Part shown: piece by piece, positions 36,001-45,115 of the stretch | Numbering within the stretch: the stretch's first letter is position 1 | How the letters are laid out: each line of letters begins with the position of its first letter | From: Bacteroidota bacterium | GTDB taxonomy: Bacteria; Bacteroidota; Bacteroidia; Chitinophagales; Chitinophagaceae | Direction of reading: 5' to 3' | Assembly (NCBI GenBank): GCA_005788265.1 | Contig: SXYR01000101.1 | Location: forward strand, 1 to 54,599 | DNA length: 54,599 nt | Position numbers and translations under genes: made by a program | Notes under the pieces: generated by a model | What the model saw: only the letters and a program-made list of their open reading frames with translations | Database searches by the model: none | Told to the model about the DNA's origin: nothing

Positions 36001-37295
36001 TCATTGCAGGCAAACAGCCGAATCAGGCCTGGCTGCAATCGGTTGCAAAAAAGGGATTGATTACAAGTGACCCGATGCTCAACAACCTGTTTTTACAGAA
36101 CTATGACCAGAAATTCAATCTCACAGCTCAAGTAGAACCATTCAAAGATTTTCTGATTGATGTCAATCTTGACAGAACTTTGAATAAAAATTACTCAACC
36201 CTTTTTAAAGACACTGCAAATACAGGACAATTCTCTGCACTCAATCCTTATTCGGGTGGAGGATTCAGCATCAGTTATATTTCTTTTCAAACCCTGTTTG
36301 GCAAATTTGATCCGAATGCCATCAGTGGAACTTTTAAAACATTTGAAGAGAACAGGGCTGTATTGTCCACGCGACTGGGCGAAAACAATCCATACAGCAA
36401 AGTGCAAGGTTCAGATGGATATTACAAAGGATATGGCAGGTATGCGCAAGATGTGCTCGTACCATCTTTCATTGCGGCATACACAAAACAGGATCCAAAA
36501 AGCATTTCCCTGCTGAATACCGGAGAAACGGGATCGGTAAAAACAAATCCTTTCAAAGGATACATGCCCAAACCAAATTGGAGGATTACCTACAATGGAT
36601 TGAGCAAAATTCCTGGAATAGAAAATATACTTAGCAACTTTACACTGAGCCATGCATACAACTCAACATTGAGCATGAACAGCTTTAATTCGGCATTGCT
36701 GTTTCAAGATACCCTGCTGTATGGATTCCCTTCCTTCGTTGATACCATCACAGGAAATTTCATCCCATACTTCCTTGTTCCCAATCTATTGATCTCAGAA
36801 CAGTTTGCCCCATTGATCGGGATTGATTTCAGCACACCCAATCAACTTTCAGGAAGATTTGAATTCAAGAAATCAAGACAATTGAGTTTGAGTTTATCAG
36901 ATTTTCAACTGAGTGAAGTGCATTCAACTGAAATCACATTTGGAATGAGGTGGAGAAAACGTGGCGTGAATCTTCCATTCAATTTGAACCTGGGCAACAA
37001 GGAGCAAAATCAGAGCGAAAGTGGCTCCCCTTCAGGCAGTGATATAACATTTGCGCTGGACTTCAGCATCAGAGATGACATCAATTCGAACTCAAGGTTG
37101 GATCAGGAAAACGCATATGCAACAGGTGGCCAAAAAGTAATCAGTATTCGTCCGACGATCGATTATGTACTGAACAACAGGATCAACCTTCAATTGTATT
37201 TTGACCAACGAAGGGTAAGTCCCTATATATCAAATTCAGCACCCTCTGTCAATACAAGAGGAGGATTACAGGTCAGGATTTCACTTGCGCAATAG
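30060..37295 (+). CDS. sprA: Type IX secretion system outer-membrane translocon SprA (Sov)
   Basis: 2411 aa; FDFENRLKL.Y.G..D...KIE.GN, YEENRHF, YLDDFEG, RAKLAWY, WYQFRVP, PDFKSIRFIRMFLT, EVWINELRL; downstream of ruvA as in other Bacteroidota; TTG start. Confidence 0.95.
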   Translation: MKKLSYKITCLVVLLMYATLSHASGIALSEKIHPAIDTLPLGDSLLYPLQDRRSDKISLSKKNPFDLKDPVNLKDSLAYDYKTKEYYIIEKIGSRYFRKPTSLTFDEYMRIQSRKAERDYFQKRSNTISLLNRKLVKPRLSMGEELFNRLFGTGVVDIRPQGEVNITTGYQGQNIKNPTLPERARRNGGLDFDMAANLNVLGNIGDKMKFPISYNTLSTFDFENRLKLDYTGGAEDVFKKIEVGNTSFATKGTLIPGAQQLFGIKTQMQFGKLWLTTVFASQRSQRQSTAFKGGSSSMPFEIKADEYEENRHFLLAQQFRRDFNKGMKNLPIVNSQVQLLRLEVWVTNRYGVTTNARDVVGLMDLGEDKPFQQPPVINPRPGSTYPSNQSNDLYSKIISSPNSRNPAQVVNFMNSIGLQPIRDFEKTFARKLDSSQYYFNRQLGFISLNVTLQPDEVLGVAFQYTVNGKVFQVGEFAQDVPVDSTSGVSKILFLKLLKATSQRTSLPIWDLMMKNVYAVGAGQLERQDFQFNVLYQEPGGGEKRYITEGEQAGVPLITLLNLDRLNNQNDPQPDGVFDYVEGFTVNSYQSRVMFPVLEPFGHDLDFAFADPALRDKYLFYPLYDTIKAIAQTYANLNRFIMKGSSKSSGGSSGEISLNAFNIPQGSVTVTAGGQQLIENVDYTIDYLSGTLRVINSSIKQSGVPVNVQFENNATFGVQQRTYTGIRWDYLFSDKFSIGGNMVRLGERPFFTKMEYGSDPIRNSMAGLDMSYNNEVPRLSKWLSKLPFYEASGSSSISASAEIAQLKPGHAPQIGKGGKGLVYLDDFEGTKSSIDLRFPIIGWTLASTPAGAKDRFGNTMFPEATSFDNIDYGKNRAKLAWYNIEPILQEKRNLSNPLRNDIEQLSDPRVRSVGQQEIFPRRTPDFGQSQLVTFDLAYYPKERGPYNYDATNIEGNGILKNPKQRWGGIMRNIDQTDFETANIEFIDFWVLDPFIKNTNKAGGSMYINLGNISEDILKDSRRFYENGLPTPTIPSSIATSNWGRVPLNPTQITTGFSNEPNDRPFQDVGLDGLTDSAEVAKRKDYLNDMVSRLGVGSEAYKQAVADPSSDNFKYYRDATYDQENAGILKRYKNFNNPQGNSPVARAGDAFASAFTLYPDGEDLNRDNTLNEAEEYFQYRIDFKPSEDPLMQVGKNFIADKKSVNVILSDGTKQDQIWYQFRVPINAYTSKVGEIPDFKSIRFIRMFLTDFEDSVVMRFAKLELVRNNWRSFAYELDTTGTYIALNKSNENTFFNVTAVNIEENDKRDPIPYRTPPGIERVQTLSNGGINILQNEQALSMTVLNLEEGRGRAVFKGFNHDLRQYKTISMFYHAESLKQYARINDGELFAVVRLGTDYINHYYEIKYPLKTTPFGSSDENVIWPIENELSFDLQTLVDLKNERNLKTNNPIAIYRKRINGKIFSIYGNPNLAEIRGILAGVENPKDPSGGRPINAEVWINELRLSGINENSAWAAVGQMNIQLADLGTVSVSANIHTVGFGQLEQRVNERYRNDLKQYDLSANLQLGKLLPKQIGLEIPFFLNLSEMMSAPQYDPYDRDILLRDKLSLYKDKRDSINGDAVDYTGIKTINFTNVRFTQKQDKKIRLWSLSNFDFSYSLTQTRQHNPLTENNEVAKTQGGVGYNFNKQPKYIEPFKKIPIQSKWVDFIKNANFNLMPSLIGFRLDTRRQFGAIRPRNVGGGKFKIPETYDKYFVVDRNYNLRWDLTKSLNFDFRATNNSRVDEPFGRIDTKAKQDSLLRNFLKGGRNTLYSHNADLTYNVPLNSFPLLDWTSLNVAYRTTYNWVGASRLAVSLGNTLQNSNQAGATAELNFTQLYSKVRFLRAIDGSGAAPAPKQPKAASNKKKKEKKDKDGKIIEEKEKKEKEVKQKKDIDLSGAEKTILRIITALKRVGASYNEGGTTFLPGYTDSTRAIGQNWKSLSPGVDFIAGKQPNQAWLQSVAKKGLITSDPMLNNLFLQNYDQKFNLTAQVEPFKDFLIDVNLDRTLNKNYSTLFKDTANTGQFSALNPYSGGGFSISYISFQTLFGKFDPNAISGTFKTFEENRAVLSTRLGENNPYSKVQGSDGYYKGYGRYAQDVLVPSFIAAYTKQDPKSISLLNTGETGSVKTNPFKGYMPKPNWRITYNGLSKIPGIENILSNFTLSHAYNSTLSMNSFNSALLFQDTLLYGFPSFVDTITGNFIPYFLVPNLLISEQFAPLIGIDFSTPNQLSGRFEFKKSRQLSLSLSDFQLSEVHSTEITFGMRWRKRGVNLPFNLNLGNKEQNQSESGSPSGSDITFALDFSIRDDINSNSRLDQENAYATGGQKVISIRPTIDYVLNNRINLQLYFDQRRVSPYISNSAPSVNTRGGLQVRISLAQ

Positions 37296-38036
37296 ATAAA
37301 AAGAATTGGCCTGAGAGGTACAGGTCATGACCAGACTGTTGATGCAAACATGCGCAGGCAAGTTTACACAGTAAAAGGCGGTATCTGCCACATCCTCAGC
37401 TTTCAAGGGCTGGTAACCCTCGTAAACAGTCTTTGCCATTGTTTCATCGCCTTTGAAACGGACAACCGAGAACTCAGTTTCTGCAGCGCCTGGATGTATG
37501 GCAGTCACTTTTATCTTATGCCGAAGCATATCGATACGCATTGCCTGGCTGATAGCTTCTACAGACGACTTCGTTGCGCAATACACATTTCCTTTTTCAT
37601 AAACTTCTTTTCCTGCAGTTGATCCAATATTGATAATATGCCCTCTTCCATTTTTTATAAAATAAGGAAGCATTGCCTTTGATACATAGAGCAACCCCTT
37701 TAGATTGGTATCAATCATCGTTTCCCAATCATCCAAATGGGCTTCATCAAAATAATCCCTGCCAAGAGCGAGTCCTGCGTTGTTTACCAAAACATCTACA
37801 TCGTCCAAACGATCATCATTGGAAAGTGCATCAAAAACTTCTTTTCGGTTTTGTACGTCAAAAACTTTTACAAGAACTTCTACATCAAATTGGGCAGTCA
37901 GTTCATTTGAAAGTTCATTCAGCCTTTCCTCTCTCCTTCCTGTTACAATGAGATTCCAACCTTCTTTTGCAAATCGATGGGCCATTGCCTTTCCAAATCC
38001 GGAACTTGCGCCGGTTATCAATACTTTTTTACGCAT
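37281..38036 (-). CDS. SDR family NADP-dependent oxidoreductase (YdfG-like)
   Basis: ITGASSGFG, GRR, NNAG, NIGS, YCATK, ETEFS.VRF.GD. Confidence 0.9.
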   Translation of the reverse strand: MRKKVLITGASSGFGKAMAHRFAKEGWNLIVTGRREERLNELSNELTAQFDVEVLVKVFDVQNRKEVFDALSNDDRLDDVDVLVNNAGLALGRDYFDEAHLDDWETMIDTNLKGLLYVSKAMLPYFIKNGRGHIINIGSTAGKEVYEKGNVYCATKSSVEAISQAMRIDMLRHKIKVTAIHPGAAETEFSVVRFKGDETMAKTVYEGYQPLKAEDVADTAFYCVNLPAHVCINSLVMTCTSQANSFYLLRK

Positions 38037-39195
38037 AATTGTTCACTTTTTTTGATAAAATCCAATACCTGAAAGAAGCCAAAAGCATCAATGGGTAAAA
38101 GGCTGTATTGATTACTCCTGCATTTGTAAGGGATATTGCAATGAGTACAAGTAGTACCAGGCTCCATGCTTTGAAGAACTGCCGCATCCACTTTTTTATG
38201 TCGTTCAACTTGAATGCAAAGTAAAGATTGAGTGGAAAAGCCCATAGCAGATTTAAATTTTTAGAAAAGCTTTGATGATCTGTTCCAAACCACATGAATA
38301 ACAAAAACAAACCCAATAAGCCTGTAACAATCAACCATATGCCATCAGCCAAACTTTGAAGTGAAGTAAAATAAAATGAAGGAAGCAATAGTGCAATACA
38401 AAAAACAATGAATACAAACAAAGGATCTAGATAAAATGAGATGCTCACAGGAGTTGTTTGCATATCAGCTAAGATTTCAATCTTTTTTCTCTCTATTTTC
38501 TCCTGTTTCATTGTTGCCAATGAAACTCCCTTGTACAGGAAATCAGGTAAAAACATGGACTCCATTTGTGTCATGGGAATATCTGCTTCCAAACCCAACA
38601 AAAGATCAATGCCAAGAGCAGTCCAACGCATTTGCGCCCGGTCTAAGTAAACATGCAAGTGATCCCTGAATGTTTGTCCCTGTGGTGTGAAACCAGGAAT
38701 CTGGTATACCTCGTACTTATTCTTCTGAAAAATAATATCTCTCAACCTGGTTGTACAATTGTCGTATAAAAAATCATACTTATAATACCGATTTTCTTCA
38801 CGGACATTTTCAAACAAGTCGGCCTGTATTTTCTTTTTTTCCTGATGACTTAAATTCAGTACCTGCTCTTTGACACCTCTTTTGAAATACTGGTATTCAA
38901 ACAGGAAATCATTATAGCTCACCTGGCTAACAAAATACAGCAATTTGCCTCGGACAAACTTTGTGTAAAAATCCGGATCATTGAAGTCAAATGTTCCGTA
39001 ATTGTACACAATATCGGTTCCGGCAGCTGAGTCTACAATGCGCAATGCATTGTGTCCAAATACAGAGTAAAGCTCCGCTCCAGGAGAACAGGTCAGCAAA
39101 CTGATTTGCAGTCCACTGCTATCTTGCTGGGCCTTTGCGGCGTATGGTGGCAAGAAAGAGAAAAGGACAACACATGCAATGAGCAGTCTTTTCAT
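38029..39195 (-). CDS. DUF4105 membrane protein, probable lipoprotein N-acyltransferase Lnb
   Basis: Signal peptide; SLLTCSPG.ELYS.FGH.ALR, YNYGTFDF, YKYDF.YDNCTTR (His then Cys); C-terminal multi-TM region with W..TDH. Confidence 0.75.
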   Translation of the reverse strand: MKRLLIACVVLFSFLPPYAAKAQQDSSGLQISLLTCSPGAELYSVFGHNALRIVDSAAGTDIVYNYGTFDFNDPDFYTKFVRGKLLYFVSQVSYNDFLFEYQYFKRGVKEQVLNLSHQEKKKIQADLFENVREENRYYKYDFLYDNCTTRLRDIIFQKNKYEVYQIPGFTPQGQTFRDHLHVYLDRAQMRWTALGIDLLLGLEADIPMTQMESMFLPDFLYKGVSLATMKQEKIERKKIEILADMQTTPVSISFYLDPLFVFIVFCIALLLPSFYFTSLQSLADGIWLIVTGLLGLFLLFMWFGTDHQSFSKNLNLLWAFPLNLYFAFKLNDIKKWMRQFFKAWSLVLLVLIAISLTNAGVINTAFYPLMLLASFRYWILSKKVNNYA

Positions 39196-39203
39196 TTCAA
39201 TAT

Positions 39204-40679
39204 TTATCTGCTGTAATTGGGTGCTTCTTTGGTAATGGCAACATCGTGTGCATGGCTTTCTTTGATACCAGCATTGGTGATGCGAATGAATTGTGCTGCT
39301 TGAAGTGACTTAATATTATTTGCTCCACAATACCCCATACCGGCTCTTAATCCACCTACAAACTGCATAACCACTTCATTCAAATTGCCTTTGAATGGCA
39401 CCCTGCCTTCAATCCCTTCAGGAACTAACTTTTTGATGCCATCTTCTACATCCTGAAAATACCTGTCGCTGCTTCCCAATTGCATGGCACCGATTGAACC
39501 CATGCCACGGTATTGTTTGAATTTTCTTCCTTCATAGATGATTGTTTCACCGGGACTTTCTTCAACACCTGCAAAAATGCTTCCCATCATCACCGTAGAT
39601 GCTCCGGCTGCGAGGGCCTTTACCATATCTCCTGTATACCTGATGCCCCCATCAGCGATCACAGGCACATTCAATTTTTTCAATGCGGACGAGGCCTCCA
39701 TGATTGCAGTGATTTGTGGAACACCTGCACCTGCAACTATTCTTGTAGTACAAATGGAACCAGGACCAATACCAACTTTTACACCATCTGCACCTGCCTC
39801 TGCGAGTGCTTTTGCACCAGATGCTGTTGCAACATTGCCTGCGATGATCCTGATATGTTTAAAATTTTTTCTGATCAACCTCAATGAATCAATGACACCC
39901 TTGGTGTGACCATGTGCACTATCCAGACAAACCACATCAACACCTATTTGCTGCAATGCTGCAGTTCTGTCGAGCATGTCTTTTGTTATGCCCAATGCTG
40001 CACCTACCCTTAATCTTCCGAATTCATCTTTAGCAGAGTTGGGGAAACTTTGCAATTGAAGAATATCACGATAAGTGATCAATCCCATCAACTGTCCATT
40101 CTTTTTTACAACGGGCAGCTTTTCGATTTTATAATTCTGTAGTATTTTTTCGGCTTTTCGAAGATCGGTACCTTCTGGAGCGGTAACCAGGTTCTCACTG
40201 GTCATAACTTCCTTTACTTTCTTTTTTCTATTGGTCTCGAACCTCAAATCACGATTGGTGAGAATGCCAACAAGTTTATTGCTTCTGTCCACAATGGGAA
40301 TACCGCCAATCCTGTTTTCACGCATTAATTTCAAAGCATCTTCAATGATGGCATCTTCGTGCAAGGTGACAGGATCAATGATCATACCGCTTTCACTTCT
40401 TTTTACCTTTCTCACCTGCTCAACCTGCTGATCGATGGACATATTTTTATGAAGGATTCCAATTCCACCTTCTCTGGCCAGTGCAATCGCAAGATTCGCT
40501 TCAGTAACGGTATCCATAGCTGCAGAAAGCATTGGAATATTCAGCACGATGTCTTTGGTTATATGAGAACTGGTATCTACCTCTCTGGGCAATACTTCGG
40601 AATATGCCGGAACCAGCAAAACATCATCGAAGGTCAGTCCTTCGCCGAAAAACTTGGGGGATTGAGTTCTTGTTGCCAT
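39204..40679 (-). CDS. guaB: IMP dehydrogenase
   Basis: [20 protein letters not shown] pair, [29 protein letters not shown]. Start moved to ATG 40679. Confidence 0.98.
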   Translation of the reverse strand: MATRTQSPKFFGEGLTFDDVLLVPAYSEVLPREVDTSSHITKDIVLNIPMLSAAMDTVTEANLAIALAREGGIGILHKNMSIDQQVEQVRKVKRSESGMIIDPVTLHEDAIIEDALKLMRENRIGGIPIVDRSNKLVGILTNRDLRFETNRKKKVKEVMTSENLVTAPEGTDLRKAEKILQNYKIEKLPVVKKNGQLMGLITYRDILQLQSFPNSAKDEFGRLRVGAALGITKDMLDRTAALQQIGVDVVCLDSAHGHTKGVIDSLRLIRKNFKHIRIIAGNVATASGAKALAEAGADGVKVGIGPGSICTTRIVAGAGVPQITAIMEASSALKKLNVPVIADGGIRYTGDMVKALAAGASTVMMGSIFAGVEESPGETIIYEGRKFKQYRGMGSIGAMQLGSSDRYFQDVEDGIKKLVPEGIEGRVPFKGNLNEVVMQFVGGLRAGMGYCGANNIKSLQAAQFIRITNAGIKESHAHDVAITKEAPNYSR

Positions 40680-40682
40680 ATG

Positions 40683-40690
40683 CGAAGGTA
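40683..40690 (-). promoter_or_regulatory. Putative -7 element 3 nt before the guaB ATG
   Basis: TACCTTCG, then CAT-ATG. Confidence 0.5.
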
Positions 40691-40712
40691 GGAAAAAATA
40701 CAAAAATGAGCA

Positions 40713-41822
40713 TCACAGGCCTGCTGCTGCGTATATTTTTCCGGGAAGGATCTTGATCACTCCTTTCATTTCAAGTGACAATAAAATAAGGGGGACCTGG
40801 GTTGGTTTCATGTTTGAAAGCTGATGAATTTGATCAATTGATAAAGTTTTTCCGCCCTCGAATAAATGGAGAAGTGAACGTTCCTCTTCCGTAAACGCGT
40901 GAAAGAGGTAGGGCTGAACAGTGGATTTTTTAGATGCCCCCAACTGCCAATTCATAAATGTCAAAAAATCATTTCCGTCATTGATCAACAATGCCCTCTG
41001 TGATTTTATCAATTCGTTGCATCCTCTGCTTTGGGAGTCGATGGACCGCCCTGGAAATGCAAATACATCCTTGTTGTATGCATTGGCCATATTTGCAGTA
41101 ATTAAACTTCCACCCTTCTCACCACTTTCCACCACAATGACTGCATCAGCAATCCCTGAAACAATTCTATTTCTCAAAGGAAAATTTTGCTTTTCAGGTT
41201 TTGTATTGCTCATGAATTCAGTTATCAATCCCCCATTTTGCAGCATATCAATGGCAAGCGATCGGTTGACCCTTGGATAAATCTGGTCGAGTCCGTGTCC
41301 CAACACACCCAATGTTGGCAATTCCACCTTCAGGGATTCTTTGTGCACAATGGTATCGATGCCATATGCGAGTCCGCTTACAACCAGAATTCTCATCTCC
41401 TTTAAAGTGTGCATCAATTCAACCACCAGCTCTTTCCCGTATTTAGTTGGCGATCTTGTTCCGATGATACTTACAATTTTACATGCGTTGAGTTCTGCTG
41501 TTCCCTTGAAAAAAAGCACATGAGGTGCATCTTGATATTCTTTGAGTTTACAGGGATAGTTGCTTGCTGTTTTTACCAGAACCCGAATTTTATTTTTTTC
41601 GATAAACACCAACTCCCTTTCTACCAGGTCAAATTGATTGAAAGTATTGATAGCGTTGGCTCTGACCCTGCCAATCCCATTAACCTCCTCGAGCTCTTTT
41701 CGTTTTGCTTGAAAAATTTGCTTGGGGTCCTTGAAGTGTTCAAGCAGAATTGAAATATGCACATCACCGATATGGGGAATGAGAACAAGTGAAAGGTGAT
41801 AATAGAGCTGCTCTGCGTTCAT
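40713..41822 (-). CDS. dprA: DNA-processing protein DprA
   Basis: IIGTR..T.YG, VSGLAYGID, FPLRNRIVSG, VVES..KGGSLITA, FPG, C-terminal LLSLEMKG winged helix. Confidence 0.95.
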   Translation of the reverse strand: MNAEQLYYHLSLVLIPHIGDVHISILLEHFKDPKQIFQAKRKELEEVNGIGRVRANAINTFNQFDLVERELVFIEKNKIRVLVKTASNYPCKLKEYQDAPHVLFFKGTAELNACKIVSIIGTRSPTKYGKELVVELMHTLKEMRILVVSGLAYGIDTIVHKESLKVELPTLGVLGHGLDQIYPRVNRSLAIDMLQNGGLITEFMSNTKPEKQNFPLRNRIVSGIADAVIVVESGEKGGSLITANMANAYNKDVFAFPGRSIDSQSRGCNELIKSQRALLINDGNDFLTFMNWQLGASKKSTVQPYLFHAFTEEERSLLHLFEGGKTLSIDQIHQLSNMKPTQVPLILLSLEMKGVIKILPGKIYAAAGL

Positions 41823-41896
41823 ATATTAAAAACGAATCTAGCAGCCTTCAACTATTGGGAATGGTGAAAAAGCACCATGCGGTTCAGAATAACAAC

Positions 41897-43540
41897 TTAC
41901 TCATTCGACAATATCACCATCTCTGTTCTGCGATTTTTTGCCCTGCCGACTTCTGATTGATTTTCGGCAATGGGCTGTAAAGAACCAAAACCTTTGTACG
42001 CCAGTCTCTTTGAATCAATTCCTTTTGCGATCAAATAATCAACGACAGATTTTGCTCTCTGCGTTGAGAGCATCGTGTTGTCGGATTCATTACCTATATT
42101 ATCTGTATGCCCGTTGATTTGTATGTGCACAGCCGGATTTTTTAATAAAAATTCTGTGAGCAGAACCAAGGAAGGCTCAGCATCCATCTTTAATTCCCAC
42201 TTGGCAGTTTCAAAATGAATATTATTCAGAATGATTTTCTCCTGGATTTTTACCGGAAATGCCTGTACTTCTTCAGGAAGATTGAACTGATAAATATCCA
42301 TTTGACCAAAACCACCGTATCGGTCACTTGAAAAATAAGCAAGTTTGCCGCTGGCATTAACCACCAATCCGGATTCATTGTCAATCGTATTGATTGGATA
42401 ACCCAGGTTCACAGGAACAGTAAATTGACCTCCTACTAATCTAGAAACAAAAATATCTGATCCGCCAATGGTTTTCCATCCATTGGAAGTGAAATAGAAT
42501 GAAGCATTGTCAAAATGAAAAAATGGAAACATCTCATCACCAGCTGTATTGATACTTGGACCAAGATTTTGGGGCTGACTCCATTGTTGATTGCCAAGGT
42601 AGTGACTCACATATAAATCCATCCCACCAAAACCACCCGGACGATTTGAAGAAAAATAAAGGGATTTCATATCACTTGAAAGACAAGGAGCTGACTCCCA
42701 GTAGGAGGTATTCACTGGATTTCCGAAATTCAGTCTTTCAGTCCACCGCCCTTCTACATTGATCGTATAATAAAGATCACAACTGCCGTAGCCATCTGGA
42801 TAATTGCATCCAGTAAACACCATTGTCTTGCCATTGGATGAGATTTTTTGTCCCCCTTCATTGAAAGGCGTATTGATTTTTCCCTGCAATGGCAAAGCTG
42901 ATTGCCATTGATTGTTTCGCCAAACAGAACTGAAAAAATCTTCGTTGGTTCCCTGTTCAATCCGTCTGGTTACAATGATCATCGTGTCGTCTGATGATAC
43001 GGAAGGAAAATACTCTGAAAATTTTGTATTGATCGAGGATCCAAGATTTTCTATTTTCAATCCCTGCATCAAATTTTTTTCTGAAACCTTCGAAGAAAAT
43101 TCAATCAGTCGCTCATAATTCGATGCAACCCCTGTATCCAAGTATGTTTTCAATCTGGCAGCATGGACAGTTGACTTCGCCCTGGCAAAATCTCCTATTC
43201 CCAAGAATGATGTTAACAATGGAATGATGAGCGGTTTTTCCTGTGAAGGATTGAGTAAAATTATTTTTTGAATCAGCCCAATGGTTGAGTCATAGCTTTT
43301 CATCTGATACATTAGATCAGCCAAAGACAGCAGAGAGGATTCATTCAGCGGATTGAGCTCAATTGACTGGTTGAAAAATGAAAAAGCAGCATCAAAATTT
43401 CCTTCTTCTGCTTTTTCTAACCCCTTTTTCAGCAATAAGCTTGATTTTTTTTGATTTTGTTTGGATGCTTTTTGTTGAGCTTGGCCACAGAAGGTAAAAA
43501 GCATGCAGAAAAAGATCATTATGGATCGAATACTGATCAA
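41897..43540 (-). CDS. TPR + PD40 beta-propeller + OmpA-C peptidoglycan-binding protein (PorE-like)
   Basis: N-terminal TPR-like helices; repeated NLG..INT / YF.S.R.GG.G..D.Y PD40 units; C-term NIHF, GHTDNIG...N..LS..RA..V..YL...G, NRRTE. TTG start overlaps the queE stop. Confidence 0.85.
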   Translation of the reverse strand: MISIRSIMIFFCMLFTFCGQAQQKASKQNQKKSSLLLKKGLEKAEEGNFDAAFSFFNQSIELNPLNESSLLSLADLMYQMKSYDSTIGLIQKIILLNPSQEKPLIIPLLTSFLGIGDFARAKSTVHAARLKTYLDTGVASNYERLIEFSSKVSEKNLMQGLKIENLGSSINTKFSEYFPSVSSDDTMIIVTRRIEQGTNEDFFSSVWRNNQWQSALPLQGKINTPFNEGGQKISSNGKTMVFTGCNYPDGYGSCDLYYTINVEGRWTERLNFGNPVNTSYWESAPCLSSDMKSLYFSSNRPGGFGGMDLYVSHYLGNQQWSQPQNLGPSINTAGDEMFPFFHFDNASFYFTSNGWKTIGGSDIFVSRLVGGQFTVPVNLGYPINTIDNESGLVVNASGKLAYFSSDRYGGFGQMDIYQFNLPEEVQAFPVKIQEKIILNNIHFETAKWELKMDAEPSLVLLTEFLLKNPAVHIQINGHTDNIGNESDNTMLSTQRAKSVVDYLIAKGIDSKRLAYKGFGSLQPIAENQSEVGRAKNRRTEMVILSNE

Positions 43541-44151
43541 GGAATATCAAGGTATTTATGTGTTTGAAGAGACAGGGCCCACTGGGGATGCGATTTGATA
43601 TACTCAACGATCAAGGGATTCATTTCCGCTGACCTGCTCCATTCTGGTTGCATGTAGAGCAAACAATTGTTACTTACCTGTGTAGCAAATTTTTCAGCCC
43701 ACTCGAAATCCGACTTATTATAAATAACCACTTTCAGCTCGTTTGCACAAACGATGGTATCGTTCAATGGAGCTTTGAATTTTTTGGGTGAAAAAGTAAT
43801 CCAATCCCAAGTACCAGAAACCTCATGCGCCCCGGATGTTTCAATATGTGTACGGATATTTTTCTTTTTCAATTCAGTCGTCAAAAGACCGAGGTCATGC
43901 ATCAAAGGCTCACCTCCAGTAATCACGGCGATGGTTGCACCAGATTCAGCTGCATGGCCAACAAGTGCCTCTACTGCTATCCTCGGATGCTTATCCATAT
44001 CCCAACTCTCCTTTACATCACACCACACACATCCAACATCACATCCACCCAAGCGAATAAAATATGCTGCATGTCCGGCAAACCTTCCTTCGCCTTGCAG
44101 CGTAAGAAATTGTTCCATTACTGGAAGATGCATATTGGGGATAGTGCTCAT
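43537..44151 (-). CDS. queE: 7-carboxy-7-deazaguanine synthase (radical SAM)
   Basis: E.F.TLQGEG..AG....[15 protein letters not shown] (CX3CX2C), TGGEP, ETSG, SPK, QPEW, QTHK. Start moved to ATG 44151 (ATGA overlap with folD). Confidence 0.92.
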   Translation of the reverse strand: MSTIPNMHLPVMEQFLTLQGEGRFAGHAAYFIRLGGCDVGCVWCDVKESWDMDKHPRIAVEALVGHAAESGATIAVITGGEPLMHDLGLLTTELKKKNIRTHIETSGAHEVSGTWDWITFSPKKFKAPLNDTIVCANELKVVIYNKSDFEWAEKFATQVSNNCLLYMQPEWSRSAEMNPLIVEYIKSHPQWALSLQTHKYLDIP

Positions 44152-45029
44152 ATAGAATCCTTTGCCGCACAGGCTTTGAATGTATTCATCATCAGGGCTG
44201 CAATGGTCATGGGACCAACGCCTCCTGGGACTGGTGTAATAAAACTGCACTTGTCTGATACATCTTGAAAATCAACATCACCTTTGATAGAGAATCCAGA
44301 TTTTTTACGCTGATCCTCTACTCTCGTAATTCCCACATCAACCACCACTGCTCCCTGCTTCACCATATCGGCTTTGAGAAACTCAGGTTTCCCCAATGCT
44401 GCGATGATGATATCAGCCTGCAAGCATATTTCGTTAAGATGGGAAGTATGCGAATGACAAACCGTTACTGTTGCATTGCCTGGATACTCATTTTTACTCA
44501 ACATGATGCTGATCGGACGACCAACAATATTGCTTCTTCCAATAACAACAACATGTTTTCCTTTTGTTTCAACTTTATAATGTTCAAGCAACAGGAGAAT
44601 GCCATATGGAGTTGCAGGATAAAAAGTTGGCAAGCCTTGTACCATGCGTCCGACGCTTTCAGGATGAAATCCATCTACATCTTTGCTTGGATAAATTGTC
44701 TCGATTACCTTTTGTTCTGATATATGTTTTGGAAGCGGCAGTTGCACCAATATTCCATCCACATCAAAATCTTCATTGAGCTCTGTGAGCTTATTTAGCA
44801 ACTGAAGCTCGGATATGCTTTCCGAAAGCCTTATCAAGGTGGACTTGAATCCAATTTCTGAACAAGACTTTACTTTAGAGGAGATATATGTCTCGCTGGC
44901 TCCATTGTTTCCAATAAGAATGGCTGCAAGATGTGGTATTTTTTTTCCTTCTGATATACGCACTTCAGTCTGCTGCTTCAACCTGTCTTTAACTGCTTGG
45001 GATACAAGCTTGCCATCCATTATTTCCAT
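44148..45029 (-). CDS. folD: Bifunctional methylenetetrahydrofolate dehydrogenase/cyclohydrolase
   Basis: [44 protein letters not shown]. Start moved to ATG 45029. Confidence 0.97.
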   Translation of the reverse strand: MEIMDGKLVSQAVKDRLKQQTEVRISEGKKIPHLAAILIGNNGASETYISSKVKSCSEIGFKSTLIRLSESISELQLLNKLTELNEDFDVDGILVQLPLPKHISEQKVIETIYPSKDVDGFHPESVGRMVQGLPTFYPATPYGILLLLEHYKVETKGKHVVVIGRSNIVGRPISIMLSKNEYPGNATVTVCHSHTSHLNEICLQADIIIAALGKPEFLKADMVKQGAVVVDVGITRVEDQRKKSGFSIKGDVDFQDVSDKCSFITPVPGGVGPMTIAALMMNTFKACAAKDSI

Positions 45030-45033
45030 TTCA

Positions 45034-45041
45034 CGAAGGTA
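45034..45041 (-). promoter_or_regulatory. Putative -7 element 4 nt before the folD ATG
   Basis: TACCTTCG, then TGAA-ATG. Confidence 0.55.
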
Positions 45042-45115
45042 CACTTGAGAAAAATGACACCCAAATATGATGTTTTAAACGGATTGAAGTTTGAATCAAT
45101 TGTCATCTTTAGGGT

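Noticed and set aside
29444-37295. ruvA next to sprA without ruvB as a novel association
   Set aside because: This adjacency is familiar from other Bacteroidota genomes, and ruvB is commonly elsewhere.
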